Shown piece after piece: positions 38,255-52,249 of a stretch of DNA of 64,000 bases. A program made the position numbers and the translations under genes. Positions within the stretch are counted from its first letter, which is position 1. Each line of letters begins with the position of its first letter. The stretch is from positions 6,262,001 to 6,326,000 of the forward strand of contig OX597842.1 in the NCBI GenBank assembly GCA_951406725.2, written 5' to 3'. The notes under the pieces were generated by a model. That model saw only the letters and a program-made list of their open reading frames with translations, was not told the DNA's origin and ran no database searches. The DNA comes from Octopus vulgaris (taxonomy: Eukaryota).

Positions 38255-39490
38255 CATCATTGTCGTTTAACGTCCGCTTTCCATGCTAGCATGGGTTGGG
38301 CGTATGACTGAGGGCTGGTGAACCAGATGACTGCACCAGGCTTCAATCTTGATCTGGCAGAACTTCTACAGCTAGATGCCCTTCCTAACGACAACCACTC
38401 CGAGAGTGTAGTGAGTGCTTTTACGTACCACTGGCACGGGGCCAGTCAGGTGGCACTGGCAACGACCTTGCTCAAATCTTTTGCACATGCCACCGGCACA
38501 GGTGCCAGTAAGGTGATGCTGGTAACGATCACGCTCGAATGGTGTCTTTTACATGCCACTGGCACGGAGGCCAGATAGCCACTCTGGGCTCGAGTGCCAG
38601 TAAGGCGATACTGGTAACGATCACGCTCGAATGGTGCCTTTTAAGTGCCACTGGCACGGAAGCCGGTTAGCCGCTATGTCAATGATCACACTTGTATGGT
38701 GCTCTTTGCACCCCGCTAGCATGGATGCCAGTCATTGAATTTGATTTTGATTTTGAATTTTGATTTCACTTGCCTCAACAGGTCTTCACAAGCAGAGTTT
38801 TAGTGTCCAAAGAAGGAAAAGGTACACACAAGTGGGCTGGTTATGCCCCTGGTATAGGCCACGAGGTTATGGTCTCATTTGGCTTGCCGGGTCTTCTCAA
38901 GCACAACATATTTCCAAGTCTTGATAATTAGTCATTTCCTCAGTGAGGCCCAAAGTTTGAAGGTCGTGCTTCACCACTTCGTCCCAGTCTTCCTGGGTCT
39001 ACCTCTTCCACAGGTTCCCTCAACTGCCAGGGTGTGGCACTTTTTCACACAGCTATCCTCATCCATTCTCGCCACTTGACCATACCAGCACGGTCATCTC
39101 TCTTGCACACCACATCTGATGCTTCTTAGGTCCAACCTTTCTCTCAAGGTACTTACACTCTGTCAAGTATGCACACTGACATTACACATCCATCAGATCA
39201 TACTGGCTTCATTCCTCGTGAGCTTACACATGTCCTCCGTAGTCACAGCCCATGTTTCACTGCCATGTAGCATGGCTGTTCATACACATGCATCATACAG
39301 TCTACCTTTTACTCTGAGCGAGAGGCCCTTTGTCACCAGCAGAGGTAAGAGCTCTCTGAACTTTGCCCAAGCTATTCCTATTCTAGTAGCTACACTTTCA
39401 GTGCACTCTTCCCCGCTACTGACTTGGTCACCTAGGTAACGGAAGTGATCAACTACTTCTATTTTTCCTCCCTGGAATGTGACAGAAGTG
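38255..39490 (-). mobile_element. 5'-truncated RTE LINE
   Basis: IEVVDHFRYLGD...AWAKFRELLPLL...KGRLYDACV; 3' UTR repeats and (TGA)n tail. Confidence 0.85.
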
Positions 39491-39534
39491 GCAGAATATA
39501 GTGTCATATATATATATATAATAAAGAATAAATG

Positions 39535-39882
<348 letters not shown>

Positions 39883-40330
39883 GCATACCTCGACTTAGGT
39901 CATTTCGATTTAACTCGCTTTCGATTATATGTCGGTTTTCAAAAATAATATATGGAAAAATAAAAATCAGGTGAAGTCATTTTACTCGACTTTACATCTA
40001 TCCACTACAAATATTGGAATCGTAAAATCACTAGAAAACCGTTAAAAGCACATAAAATTTTGTTACTGTACAATAAATAAGAATAAAAGCATATAAAATC
40101 ATATTAAAATGCGTACAGTAAATGTTAAGATACACACCATAAAGTAGTGTAGCTGTGTTGTCTTATTTATTGGCCTTTCGGAACTCATATTGCACTGTAG
40201 TTCCAATATCTACCATTGGGCGTTGTTGTCACTTGTGATTCCCGTGATTGTTTTGAATTCAAATTTGTTTACGTTTGTTTATCGGCTACTTTCTTATTCT
40301 CATTCATTTGCGACTTTATTTTTTGTCCCC

Positions 40331-41932
40331 ATGGCTCCTAAGAAAATTCATAGTGAAAGTGCTAAGTGCCATGCTATAACGCTAGAAGGTAAACTGGTTG
40401 TGATAAAAAGCCATGATAAAAATGAAAAGTGGTAGCAATTGCACAATCTTTTGGGATGAGTTGGACAACTGTATTGACGATTGTACATAATAAGGACAAG
40501 ATTTTTAGCACAAATGAAATCTGAGACCCCAGGGATGAAGAACACTGTCATCAATAAGAAAAGAGGCAAAATCTTTGAAGAAATGGAAAGTCTTCTTTCT
40601 CTTTGGATTGTTAGGCGTTCTACTATTAGTCAAGAAATCATTCAAGAGAAAGCGTTGTCTTTGTTTGAGGACCTGAAGAAAACATATCCAGATGAGAAAG
40701 ATGTAGAGTTCAAGGCAAGTCAAGGATGGTTCATGAGATTTAAGGAGCGAAAAAGTTATCACTCCATTAAGAAGCAAAGTGAAAGTGCATCAGCTGACAA
40801 ATAAGCAGCAGTGGAATTTCCTAATGCATTAAAGAAAATGGGTTTCTTCCTGAATAGATTTTTAACGTAAATGAAACAGGATTGTATTGGAAAAAATTGC
40901 CAGATTGTTCATTCATTTCCAAGGAGAAGAAAGCTATTCCAGGCTACAAGGTCTCAAAAGAATGTGTGACCATTACATTGGGAGGTAATTGTGCAAGAGA
41001 TTTTAAGTTAAAGCCATTGCTTGTGTATCATGCACACAACCCCCGTGCTATGAAGAACATACCCAAGGCATCTCCCCCTTTTATATGGATGGCTAATTCA
41101 AAAGCATGGGTTACTATTGTTGTTTTTGAAGATTGGTTCTTCAATCATTTTATCCCAGCAGCAGAGAAGTACTGTAAGGAGAAGGGAATTCCTTTTAAGG
41201 TTTTACTTATCTTTAATAAGGCTCCTGGCCACCTGCAAAAAGTCGTTGATTTTGATCCCAACGTTACCGTCATATACCTCTGTCCGAACATCATGTCTCT
41301 TCTGCAGCCAATGGATCAGGGAATAATTGCTATCTTCAAACGTTGCTATATGAAGTGTATGCTGTGGCAAGCAATAACTGCAACTGATCTTGATGAGTCC
41401 ATCACATACGATATCTACAAGGCTGTACAGAACATAGCAGCAGCATGGAATGGTGTATAGAGCACGGCTATGAATGGTGTATGGAAGAAGCTATGCCCGC
41501 AATACATGAATGATTTTAAGGGGTTTGCTAATGTTGTCATCAACAAAATGTTGGTAAATAGATTTGGAGGAGGATTTCACAGTTTTATTTGAAAAAGACG
41601 ACCAGCCCCTGACGAACGAGGACTTGATAGAGCTTCATGAGCAGCAAAACAAAGAAGAGGAAGTCGAACCTGAGCCATGTCACTTTACCATTAAGAAAAT
41701 GCAGCAAGCATTTGCATAAATCGAAAATGGTCTTTCTATGTTCAAGGATATGGATCCAAATGCTCAATGCTTTTCCAAGATAATGGGGGCTTTTTCTCCT
41801 TATAATGTAATTGTTGAGGAAAAGAAGACAGTTCGAGGAACTGTCAACCAGTTTTTTAAGTGCATCGAACAAGAACAGCCAGAATCAGCTGTTGATGTTG
41901 ATGATCCACAGCAAACTACATCCATGATGTGA
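40331..41932 (+). pseudogene. Tigger transposase pseudogene
   Basis: MAPKK, FKASQGWFMRFK, NETGLYWKKLP, NSKAWVT, LLQPMDQGIIAIFK; stops present. Confidence 0.9.
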
Positions 41933-42131
41933 ACCACCAAATTGTATGTACGAAATTGGTAAATTTAAAATAATTTAGTTTTTTTTTTTACTTTTGTAAA
42001 ATAATAATCATTACTGAATTTGTCTTTTAAGCTTAAAAAAGTCTTTTATTACTGTACTGTATTAGAAAATAAAAATTATTTGTTTGTAAGCTTAAAATAG
42101 GTTTTTATTAACCATGTATTATTGAAAATGC

Positions 42132-42955
42132 GGATCTTTTCCTTTTGAACGGCAGTTTTTAACACAATTTCTAGTTAACTAAACACTTTAAAACTTCGTA
42201 TACTGGTAGAATGTGTCAAAATAAAACATTTTTTTCTCTTGGCTTTCTTGAGAAAATTGTAATTCGCTTGTTTAACGTAGTTTAATTTTGCGAATTTTAA
42301 CCAATGAATCGCCTCTAATTGAGCTAAAATCATTTGCTGCGTCTAAAACTGAGACAACACCCTCACCCTAACCCTAAATTTTTGCCTTTCGTTCTTTTTT
42401 CTTAATTGTTAAATTAATTTAAAGATAACAATTAAGAAGAAAAAAAAACGAAAGGCTAAAACGAAAGCAATGGAAAATAATTTAAACAATTAACTAACAA
42501 AATAATTCTATAATTTTATACACACGCTTTCCGTAACACACGCTTTCTGTATACGTACGGAAAGCGTGTGTATAAAATTATAGAATTATTTTGTTTGTTA
42601 ATTGTTTAAATTATTTTCTATTGCTTTCGTTTTAGCCTTTCGTTTTTTTTTTACACGCGTAACAATTAAATTAATTTAAGAAAAACAATTTAGGGTTAGG
42701 GTTAGGGTGAGGGTGAGGTTTAGGGTTAGTGACAGAATGTTGTCTCAGTTTTACACGCAGCAAATGATTTTAGCCCACTAGAGGCGATTCATTGGTTAAA
42801 ATTCGAAAAATCAAACTACGTTAAACAAACGAATTACAATTTTCTCAAGAAAGCCAAGAAAAAATGATGTTTTATAAACACATTCTACCAGTATACGAAG
42901 TTTTAAAGTGTTTGGTTAACTAGAAATTGTCTGCTGTTCAAAAGGAAAAAAATCC
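42132..42955. mobile_element. Palindromic foldback/MITE with telomere-type repeats
   Basis: Arms of about 400 bp in inverted orientation (GGATCTTTTCCTTTTGAAC / GTTCAAAAGGAAAAAAATCC); 8-bp TSD (G/A)AAAATGC; TTAGGG units at 42689-42729 and CCCTAA units at 42361-42377. Confidence 0.85.
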
Positions 42956-43503
42956 AAAAATGCATTCATAAATAAAGTACAGAACTTGGAATGGTTATTA
43001 TCGGTTTAGCCTTGAGACAAGTAAATTCGACTTATGTTGTGTTACCTGGAACCAATTAATGTTGTTAGGTGAGATATGCCTGTATATGTATGAATAGTTA
43101 AAAGAAGGAAAGAAAATGGAGATAAGGAAGTTAATTATTTATCATTAACAAATTGGTCATCTTCGCTTTTTACAGCTATTTCAATTAATCACGAGGTTAA
43201 AGTAACCTCCAATTAAATGACCAAAACAAAAAATTAATTTTAAAAATAACACCTGAACATCACCAGCAGCAGCAACATCACCACTACTACTGCATACCAC
43301 TGCCACCTCTAATATACCATTAGCACTACCACTACTACACCAACACCAGCACCACCATTCCACCACTAGCAGCAACCACTAATGTCGCCACCACCACCAC
43401 TACCAACAATTGCAACAGCAACAACTCCAACACCACTATCATCACTAACCAAGCCATTTTACTGTACCATGACCACCACCAACAAATGAGTGATGTTCTA
43501 CAT

Positions 43504-43860
43504 AGGCACAGGCGTGGCTGTGTAGTAAGAAGCTTGCTTCCCAACTACATTGTTCCATGTTCAGTCCCACTGCAAGTGTCTTCTACTATAGCCTTGGGCC
43601 AACCAAAACCTTGTAAGTGGATTTTGTAGACATGTATTTATGTGGGTGTTTCTAAGTTTGTCCCCCTGCCATCGCTTGACAACTGATGGCGGAGTGTTTA
43701 TGTCCCTGTAACTTAGCAGTTCAGCAAAATATACCAATAGAATAAGGACTAAGCTTACAAAATATAAGTCCTGGGGTTGATTTCTTCAACTCAGATCCTT
43801 TAACGTGGTGCTCTAGCATGGCCACAGTCAGATGATTGAAATGAGTAAAAGAATAAAAAA
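43504..43860 (+). mobile_element. SINE family A (diverged)
   Basis: Colinear with 33826. Confidence 0.75.
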
Positions 43861-46119
43861 ATAAAAGAATGGTTACTTGACCTGCTAGTAACAGTAGCCA
43901 GTTCACTTCCTAATCGCAGTTTCCTTCATCTGCCACATTGCTATCCATCACATGCGCTGGTACAGACATGTCCTCTGTCTCCCAGTAGATCATCCTACCA
44001 AAGCTTTACTCTCGTTTGACACAGCAGCTCCAGGCTAGAAGAGGTCTCATGGCAGGCCCTGCACAAGATGGCTAGACATAGTTAAGGAAGATCTCCAGAA
44101 GCTCAACATTATCTTGGGGGGTGCAAAGGGACTGGTAGAGGACCAACAGCAATGGAGAGCATTGGTGGACCTGGTCAGCTCTGTGCATGATGACCCCCTT
44201 CAGACCTATCAAGCAGGAGCATGAAGCAAGCAAGGAAGTACAGGGAATCTGTGTCCCTCATTAACTTCAGTCCTTATTTTTATGTTGTGTCTCTGTCAAT
44301 AACATTAACGTGGTTGAGTGGTCCGCATCCTGTTTTAAGATGTGCAACTCCCTGAAATATCCTTTCTACTGTGGGCATAAAGCCTGAATTTGGGGGAAGG
44401 GATTGAGTCAATTACATTGACCCCAGTGTGTAACTGGTACTTATTTAACTGACCCTGAAAGGATGAAAGGTAAAGTCAACCTCGGTGGAATGCAAAGACA
44501 GTCGAAAAGCCACTAAGCATTTTGCCCTGCTTGCTAATGATTCAGCCAGCTCACTGCCTTATCACCTCTCTGATATATAACATCTGATATGGCCAATTAG
44601 CACAATGGTAGTGGCCAGTGGCCAGCAAAGGTTAGCCTGCATTGATAACAACAGTAGAGATGGAGGGAATCATCATCATCATCGTCGTCATCATCATCAC
44701 CATCATTATTTAATGTCTGTTTTCCGTACTGGCATGGGTTGGACGGTTTAACAGGAGCTGGCCAGACTCTAATTTTCTGTTCTAACATGGTTTCTGTGGC
44801 TGGATGCCCTTCCTAGTGCCAACCACTTTACAGGATGTACTGGGTGCTTTTACGTGCCACCAGCACAGGTGTATTTATGCAACACTGGTATGAATGCATT
44901 TTATGTGGCACAGACATTTTATGTGCCACCTGTGAAGGTGAAGCCTTTCTGCTTGTGGATGACAGTGATTTTACTTAACTTGACATCTCTTCTCAAGTAC
45001 AGCAAATCACCACAACTCACAGGCCCTTGTCATTTCCTCAGTCAGGCCCAACATCTGAAGATCCTTTCTCACCACTTTGTCCCACACATTTCTGGATTTA
45101 CCCCTTTCACTGGTTCTCTTGAGCCTACACCATCAGATGCTTTGAGCCCTCATGTGAAGGCTGATGTTGATAGCAACATTAAGGTCTTGACTCCCTTCAT
45201 ATAACCTGAAGAAGACATGAATTGCAGACTTTGAAATTCTTGACGGCCAATTCTCCCTAGAAGGGGTTCAAACTATTTAAAAAGTTTAAGAAATCACAAG
45301 ATCCAGGTCCAGGTGATATCCTAGCTATCATCATGTGTATCATATATACCTGACTGTGCATTAAGAAGTTTGCTTCCCAACGATGTAGTTCCAGGTTGGA
45401 CAAATATCTTCTACTATAGCTCCAAGCTGATCAAAGCCTTGTGAGTGAATTTGGTAAACAGAAACTGAAAGAAGTTGGTTGGCAAGAAGCCAGCTTCCTC
45501 ACTACCCACCCCCACCATCAGTTGTGGGGACTTTGTCCTGTCTTGTTGACTTAACTGTCTTGGTGACTTAACTGGTGCTGGTGTCATGAACAAAGCACCC
45601 AATAGAGTCTGTAAAGTGACTAACATTAGGAAGGGCATTGAGCTGTAGAAACCATGCCAGCACAGACAATAGGCTTGGCATAGCCCTTCAGCTTGCAAGC
45701 TCTTGCTGAACTGTCCAACCCATGCTAGCATGGAGAGTGTGTGTTAAATGATGATGATGACAATGATTATAAACACACCTGTCCAGCATTTGCCATGATA
45801 TATTGCTAGCCACTACACATTCTTTGTTTTCTCTCCTTGTTTCTTTCTGTGTTCCCTTCTGTGGAAGACCGTAGGCTTGAAACGTTAAAAACTTTTTCAT
45901 TTCTTGAGCGTTATACTAATACATCTGTTTGTTGTCTACACCACCTGTCTCGTCTTTTTTTTTTTTGTGAATTCTCCCTATATATATTGGAGCCTGGTGC
46001 ATCCATCTGGCTCACCAGTCCTCAGTCAAACCGTCAAACCCATACCAGCATGGAAAGCGGATGTTAAATGACGATGATGATCATGATCATGATATATATA
46101 TATATATATATATATATAT

Positions 46120-46337
46120 TCTTTTACTCTTTTACTTGTTTCAGTCATTTGACTGCAGTCATGCTGGAGCACCGCCTTTAATCGAGCAACTCGACCCCGG
46201 GACTTATTCTTTTGTAAGCCCAGTACTTATTCTATCGGTCTTTTTTGCTGAACTGCTAAGTTACGGGGACATAAACACACCAGCATCGGTTGTCAAGCAA
46301 TGCTAGGGGGACAAACACAGACGCACAAACACACACA

Positions 46338-46374
<37 letters not shown>

Positions 46375-46533
46375 CGGGCTTCTTTCCGCTTCCGTCTACC
46401 AAATCCACTCACAAGGCTTTGGTTGGCCTGAGGCTATAGTAGAAGACACTTGCCCAAGGTGCCATGCAGTGGGACTGAACCTGGAACCATGTGGTTGGTA
46501 AACAAGCTACTTACCACACAGCCACTCCTGTGT
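46120..46533 (-). mobile_element. SINE family A
   Basis: Colinear with 8700-9090. Confidence 0.85.
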
Positions 46534-46541
46534 CTATATAT

Positions 46542-46628
<87 letters not shown>

Positions 46629-48858
46629 CAGGGTCTTGTAGATAAATTGAGACACTTTTGACAATGCATAAAACTGGTTGTAAATACTAAAATAATGGTA
46701 GTAGACAAATATAATTTTAATGTAACATTTCATCATCATCATAATCATCATTTAGCGTCCGTTTTCCATGCTAGCATGGGTTGGACGGTTTAACTGGGGT
46801 CTGTGAAGCTGGAAGGCTTCATCAGGCCCAGTCAGATTTGGCAGTGTTTCTATGGCTGGATGCCCTTCCTAACACCAACCACTCCGTGAGTGTAGTGGGT
46901 GCTTTTTACGTGCCACCTGCACAGGTGCCAGACAGAGCTGGCAAACAGCCACGAACAGATGGTGCTTTTACGTGCCACCGGCACGGGGGCCAGGCGAGGC
47001 TGGCAACGGACACGAACAGATGGTGCTTTTACGTGCTACTGGCACGGGGCCAGGCGAGGCTGGCAACGGACACGAGCGGATGGTGCTTTTACGTGCCAAG
47101 GGCACGGGGGCCAGGCGAGGCTGGCAACAGACATGAACGGATGGTGCTTTTACGTGCTACCGGCACAGGGGCCAGGCGAGGCTGGCAACGGACACGAGCG
47201 GATGGTGGTTTTACGTGCCAACGGCATGGGGGCCAGGCGAGGCTGGCAACGGACACGAACGGATGGTGCTTTTACGTGCTACTGGCACGGGGCCAGGCGA
47301 GGCTGGCAACGGACACGAGCGGATGGTGCTTTTACGTGCCAAGGGCACGGGGGCCAGGCGAGGCTGGCAACAGACATGAACGGATGGTGCTTTTACGTGC
47401 TACCGGCACAGGGGCCAGGCGAGGCTGGCAACGGACACGAGCGGATGGTGGTTTTACGTGCCAACGGCATGGGGGCCAGGCGAGGCTGGCAACGGACACG
47501 AACGGATGGTGTTTTTACGTGCTACCATCACAAGGGCCATTTATTACAACAAAAACATTTATCACTCAATATGGCTACCCTTTTGGGCACAAGCGGATGG
47601 TGCTTTTACGTGCCAATGGCACGGGGGCCAGGCGAGGCTGGCAACGGACACGAACGGATGGTGTTTTTACGTGCTACCATCACAAGGGCCATTTATTACA
47701 ACAAAAACATTTATCACTCAATATGGCTACCCTTTTGGGCAATTACTGCCTCCACAAGAGAACAAAATTCTTTTGAAGGTGCAGCAACTTCCTCCTTTTG
47801 GTTTTGTGTGTCGCATGCACAATGCAGGTCTTCAAACTGTTGACACTCAAATCTGGTGAAGCATTGGTCCTTGCTTGAAGTACGCCCCATAAAAAGTAAT
47901 CGAAAAGGTAATACTGGGCCAGATGTTGGCCTTCACTAAAAGTGGAACCTTGTCACCAAGGAAGGCTTTGTGTTGCTTTTAACCCATGGCATGATACTGA
48001 ATCCTGAATAAGCACCACATTGTCAAGCCCAAACTTCTGCTCCATCCAAAGTAACAGAAAGTCCTTTCCTTCAAGATGTTCAGATATTCCTTTGTGCCAA
48101 TCTTCAAGCTAGACTCAAAGAAGTGTGGATCCATGACACTTCCATTACTTGCCACAGCTCCAAATACCATCACAGAGGCAGGATTGTTAGTCTCAAACAC
48201 AGTGGGGACATCAGAAGGGTTGCACTTGAGGATTTCTGCAATTCAGCTCAGCATCCACAGTGAACGTCTCATCCACAAACAAGAGTTTTTCCTGCACTTT
48301 GATGCTTGAGGAATGGCTGAAGCTTTGGGCATCTCTTGGCTCTGATTACTTTGGCTTTGGCTGTTAGGCGGTGACAGCAGCTAGTGATATAGCTAGTCAT
48401 GCCAAGGTTCCTGTTCACAGCTCTGGACACCATGGAAAGGGACACATTGCGCTTCTTTGCAAGTGTTGTCATGGGTGGGGATGGGTTGGCTTCAATTGAG
48501 CGTTTGAGGCCAGTGAGAAACTTTGGATTGCATTTAGAATCACTTTGAGTCTTGTGTTCTTTTCTATCAATCTTTTCCACTTCTTTAAATTGTTTACACA
48601 CATGATAAACTGTTGCTTTTGGATGTTTCATCAACTTAACAATTTTATTGCCGGTGTGCCCAGCACACTCCAAAACAACAATGGTAGAATGGTTCTGTTG
48701 TTCCATGACTTTCTGTTGTCGAATCAGTTCACAATTTACCTGAAAAATTAAGTGGAGGATTAGATTTTCAAGTAAGCAAGGTTTTATCAAAATGTGAGAT
48801 GTTAACCCCACTAAGTCAACTGCTTACAATTGGTCTCAATTCATCTGCACTCTATCTG
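46629..48858 (-). mobile_element. Decayed maT-like transposon containing an RTE 3' UTR insertion
   Basis: ORFs 48269-48811 (HTH; VSRAVNRNLGM) and 47979-48200 (PASVMVFGAVASNG); degenerate TIRs sharing G(T/C)AGAT(A/G)AATTGAGAC. Confidence 0.7.
46730..47740 (-). repeat. RTE 3' UTR with an expanded 60-61-bp minisatellite
   Basis: About 11 units of AGGCGAGGCTGGCAACGGACACGAACGGATGGTGCTTTTACGTG...; (TCA)n tail at 46730. Confidence 0.85.
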
Positions 48859-48864
48859 TTATGG

Positions 48865-49170
48865 TGTTGAGGGTTCCAGTTGATCCAATCAGCAGAACAG
48901 CCTGCTCATGAAATTAGTGTACAAGTGGCTGAGTATTACACAGATATATATACCCTTAACATACTTCTCAGAGAGATTCAGCATGACACAGAATGTGACA
49001 AGGTTGGATCATTTAATTACAGGTACAATTCATATTTGCCAGCTGACTGCACTGGAGCAATGTGAAATAAAGTGTCTTGCTCAAGGACATGATGCACTGC
49101 TGGGAATTGAACTCACAACCTTGTGATTATGAGCCAAATGCCCCTAACCACTAAACCAAGCACCTTCACA
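48865..49170 (-). mobile_element. SINE family C (diverged)
   Basis: Reverse complement of 4033-4330. Confidence 0.75.
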
Positions 49171-49271
49171 TATGTATTACTCATTTACTCTTTTATGCGT
49201 TTTAGTCATTTGATTGCAGCCATGCTGGAGCACCACCTTTAGTTGAAGAAATCAACCCCAGAACTTATATA

Positions 49272-49318
<47 letters not shown>

Positions 49319-49358
49319 ATTAGGTGAATGAATTATCCTATGTTTATCGTCAGCATGG

Positions 49359-49394
<36 letters not shown>

Positions 49395-49552
49395 GGAGTA
49401 AACACATAAATGTGAAACAAGGTGGAAAAAAGAGTACTCAAATACCAGTGGTAGAGTAATATGCTTTATTTAAAGCAGCAGAATATTCAACATATAAAAG
49501 TCCTTAAGTCAGGAAAAAGATTCACTCATATATCTACCAGTTGAGTGGATAT

Positions 49553-49850
49553 ATTATCCAAAGTGTACCATATTATATATCCATCATGACTGATCTTACC
49601 ACTCAGTTTCATATTAGGAGTACAACAGAGTGTTAGGTAACAATCCAATTATATAACTCTATGCTCATCAGAGGTAGCCAATATGCAATGAAATATGGCG
49701 ACTCACCATATTTCCTTACATATCAGCTACCTCTGATCAGTGAAGGGTTATATAATTGGATTGTTACCTAACACTGTTGTATCTCTAGCATGAAACCGAT
49801 TGGTAAGATCAATCGTGATGGATATATAATACTGTATACATTGGATAATG
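49553..49850. repeat. Inverted pair of PLE-like termini
   Basis: 49553-49680 versus 49725-49850 inverted; each has a decayed CTGAT(G/C)A...GAAAC motif. Confidence 0.6.
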
Positions 49851-49904
49851 TGTGTGTGTGTGTGTATTTATTTATTTATTGATTTATTTATTTTGCTTAT
49901 ATAT

Positions 49905-50430
49905 ACATACATTGCTTAGACATTGCATATTCTTCAGAATGAAGTGTTAATCAAGTACAGAGTAATAATAATAAAATAAGATGACAAAGGAATAATCAAT
50001 TGTCTTATGAGTTTCATTAGCTTACAGCTGTTTCTGCTATAAGATGCTGTGAGCTCATAGTTGAGTGCCTGGGTAACACCTTTCAGTTTCAATGGACCCT
50101 CGAATATGAAGTACAATTTATTAGGGGAAAGAATTACATTTATGCATATATATATATATATATATAGGGAAAAGCTTTACCAACAAGAGACCATTTCATA
50201 TTCGAAGCTCTAATGAAGTTATAAGGTGTTACTCAGGCTCTCAACTATGAGTCCACTGCCTCTTATAGCAGAAACAACTGTGAGCTAATGAAGGTCATAA
50301 GATAATCGTTCATTCCTTTGTCTTCTCATTTTTATTATTTCTGCTCTATATTCATCTAACGATTTGTTCTGAAACATTCATATATTGAGTTCTACACCAG
50401 GCTATTAGCTTTGCAATGCCTAAGCAATAT
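49905..50430. repeat. Second inverted pair of PLE-like termini (different family)
   Basis: 49905-50110 versus 50195-50430; agct CTAATGA a gttataag...cttatagc a GAAA in the right arm and GAAA cagctg TA agct in the left arm. Confidence 0.6.
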
Positions 50431-50681
50431 ATATATCCTATGGATATGGTGAGGTGATCCCACAAAAAGACATGTAATGCTGAAACATGTATAGCAATGC
50501 ATTAATAAAAATATAAAATCTCCATCTATGAAGTATTTCTCATTATTAATACATTTATCCTATGCTACACAGAGTACTGCATACATAAAACTATACAGTC
50601 AACTCAGCAACAATTTACATAGGAACTTTTATGAGCACACTGGTAGACATCTGCCACAAAATACAAAGATATGTGTATATA

Positions 50682-51600
50682 TTGGGTCATCCCATAAATA
50701 ATGCGGTTTTTATACTTCTTTTATTTTTCAAAATTAAGATAAAGTTCTTTTTTAATCTAAAATATACCTTTCTTCATTTTCTACAAAGCTCTTCCATCTA
50801 TCTGGTTGACTTGCAAGACCCCTCTTCCAAAATTCACTTGTCTGTGATGAAAAATACTCCTCCAGTACTGTTCTGACCTCGTCAACAGAATTCATATTTT
50901 TTACATTCAAATGACTTTGAAGACTGCAGAATAAATGAGAATACATCGGAAGGGGCAATGTCCAGCGAATATGGTGGGTTGGGCATCGTTTTCCATTCAA
51001 ACTGCTCCAGCCTTTGGAATGTCATCCTCACTGTATGTGGCTGAGTATTATCCTGATGGAAGAACACCTTTCGTCTTAAAACCAAAGATGGTTGTTTTCC
51101 TTCTAGCGCTGACTTGAATGACTGGTTGAATGACCAAATCCAAGCTTCTCTGCTAGTTCCTCAACAGTTACGATAGGATTTTGTTCCACCAGGATTTGCA
51201 GGACATCCGCATTGAGCTCTACAGATCTTCCAGTATGAGGCTTGTCTTGTAGGCTGCAGTTTCTGGCTCAGAATTTCTGGAACTACCGTTGACACTGGCT
51301 TACACTTATTGTCCAATCCCCTTATACTGCATTAATATTACTCACACTTTCTTTTGTGTTGTTGTCTTTATTGAACTCATACAGCAAAATATGCCGAATA
51401 TGCTCCTTTGTCACTTCCATTATAGCTTTGAAAAAATAACTGTTAAAATCGAACTGTGCTCTTCAAAACTTGGACTAAGAATAAGACAAGGTAAAATTAC
51501 TACCTGCTTTTATGGTAAGTTGATGCAGGTTGATCCTGTCTCCCTCCAACTTTTAGTCCATGTAATTGAAAAAAACCGCATTATTTATGGGATGACCCAA
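50682..51600 (-). mobile_element. Internally deleted mariner (DD34D-type)
   Basis: Matching ~30-bp TIRs TTGGGTCATCCCATAAATAATGCGGTTTTT with TA TSD; FFHQDNTQPH...PPYSLDIAPSD. Confidence 0.9.
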
Positions 51601-52249
51601 TATATATATAAAGCCATCTAAGAATCTATAAATCAGGGGGAAAATGCACTCATATATGTGTCAGTAGTGCGGGCATATTATTTGAAGTGTACAGTATTAT
51701 ATATTCATTACGGCCAAGCTTAGCAATCAGTTTCGCACAAGGGGTTTAACAGAGTGTTAGGTTACAATTATGTAAGCCTGTGCTTTTTAGAGAGAGTAGT
51801 TATGACTGCTTTCTATTGTTGGAAGTGAACAGACAAGGTTTAAGTTAAGAGTTATGTCCCTTGGTACTAAAACCACCATCTCTGGCAGATGTTGTCAGGA
51901 AAAGAGTTTATGGAAGATCTTTAAGATTGATGCTCTTGTTGAAACGAAATGTGTGTTGTGGTACTGTATGTATAGCATTTGTGAGGGAAGTGGGGTTCAA
52001 AGGCCTCATATATATCTGTGTTCATTAGTGAGTCTTCTCTCATTTGTTTTGGTTAAATTCTTAGGGTGTATATGTATGCATGCAGTGTGTGTGGGGGGAG
52101 GAATACAATATGTGTGGGGGCTTATATTGGTGGGGTGAAAAATGGTCTATCAGGTGAATTTCTATTGTGTTAGGGTGTGTGTGTTTGTGAGTGCATTTGT
52201 GTATGTTCTGGTCAAACTCTACTGGATTCACAAGTATTAGTGGTGGGAG

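Noticed and set aside
46781-47859. Long repetitive ORFs or a CRISPR-like array
   Set aside because: Contiguous tandem units without unique spacers, derived from an RTE 3' UTR; eukaryotic context
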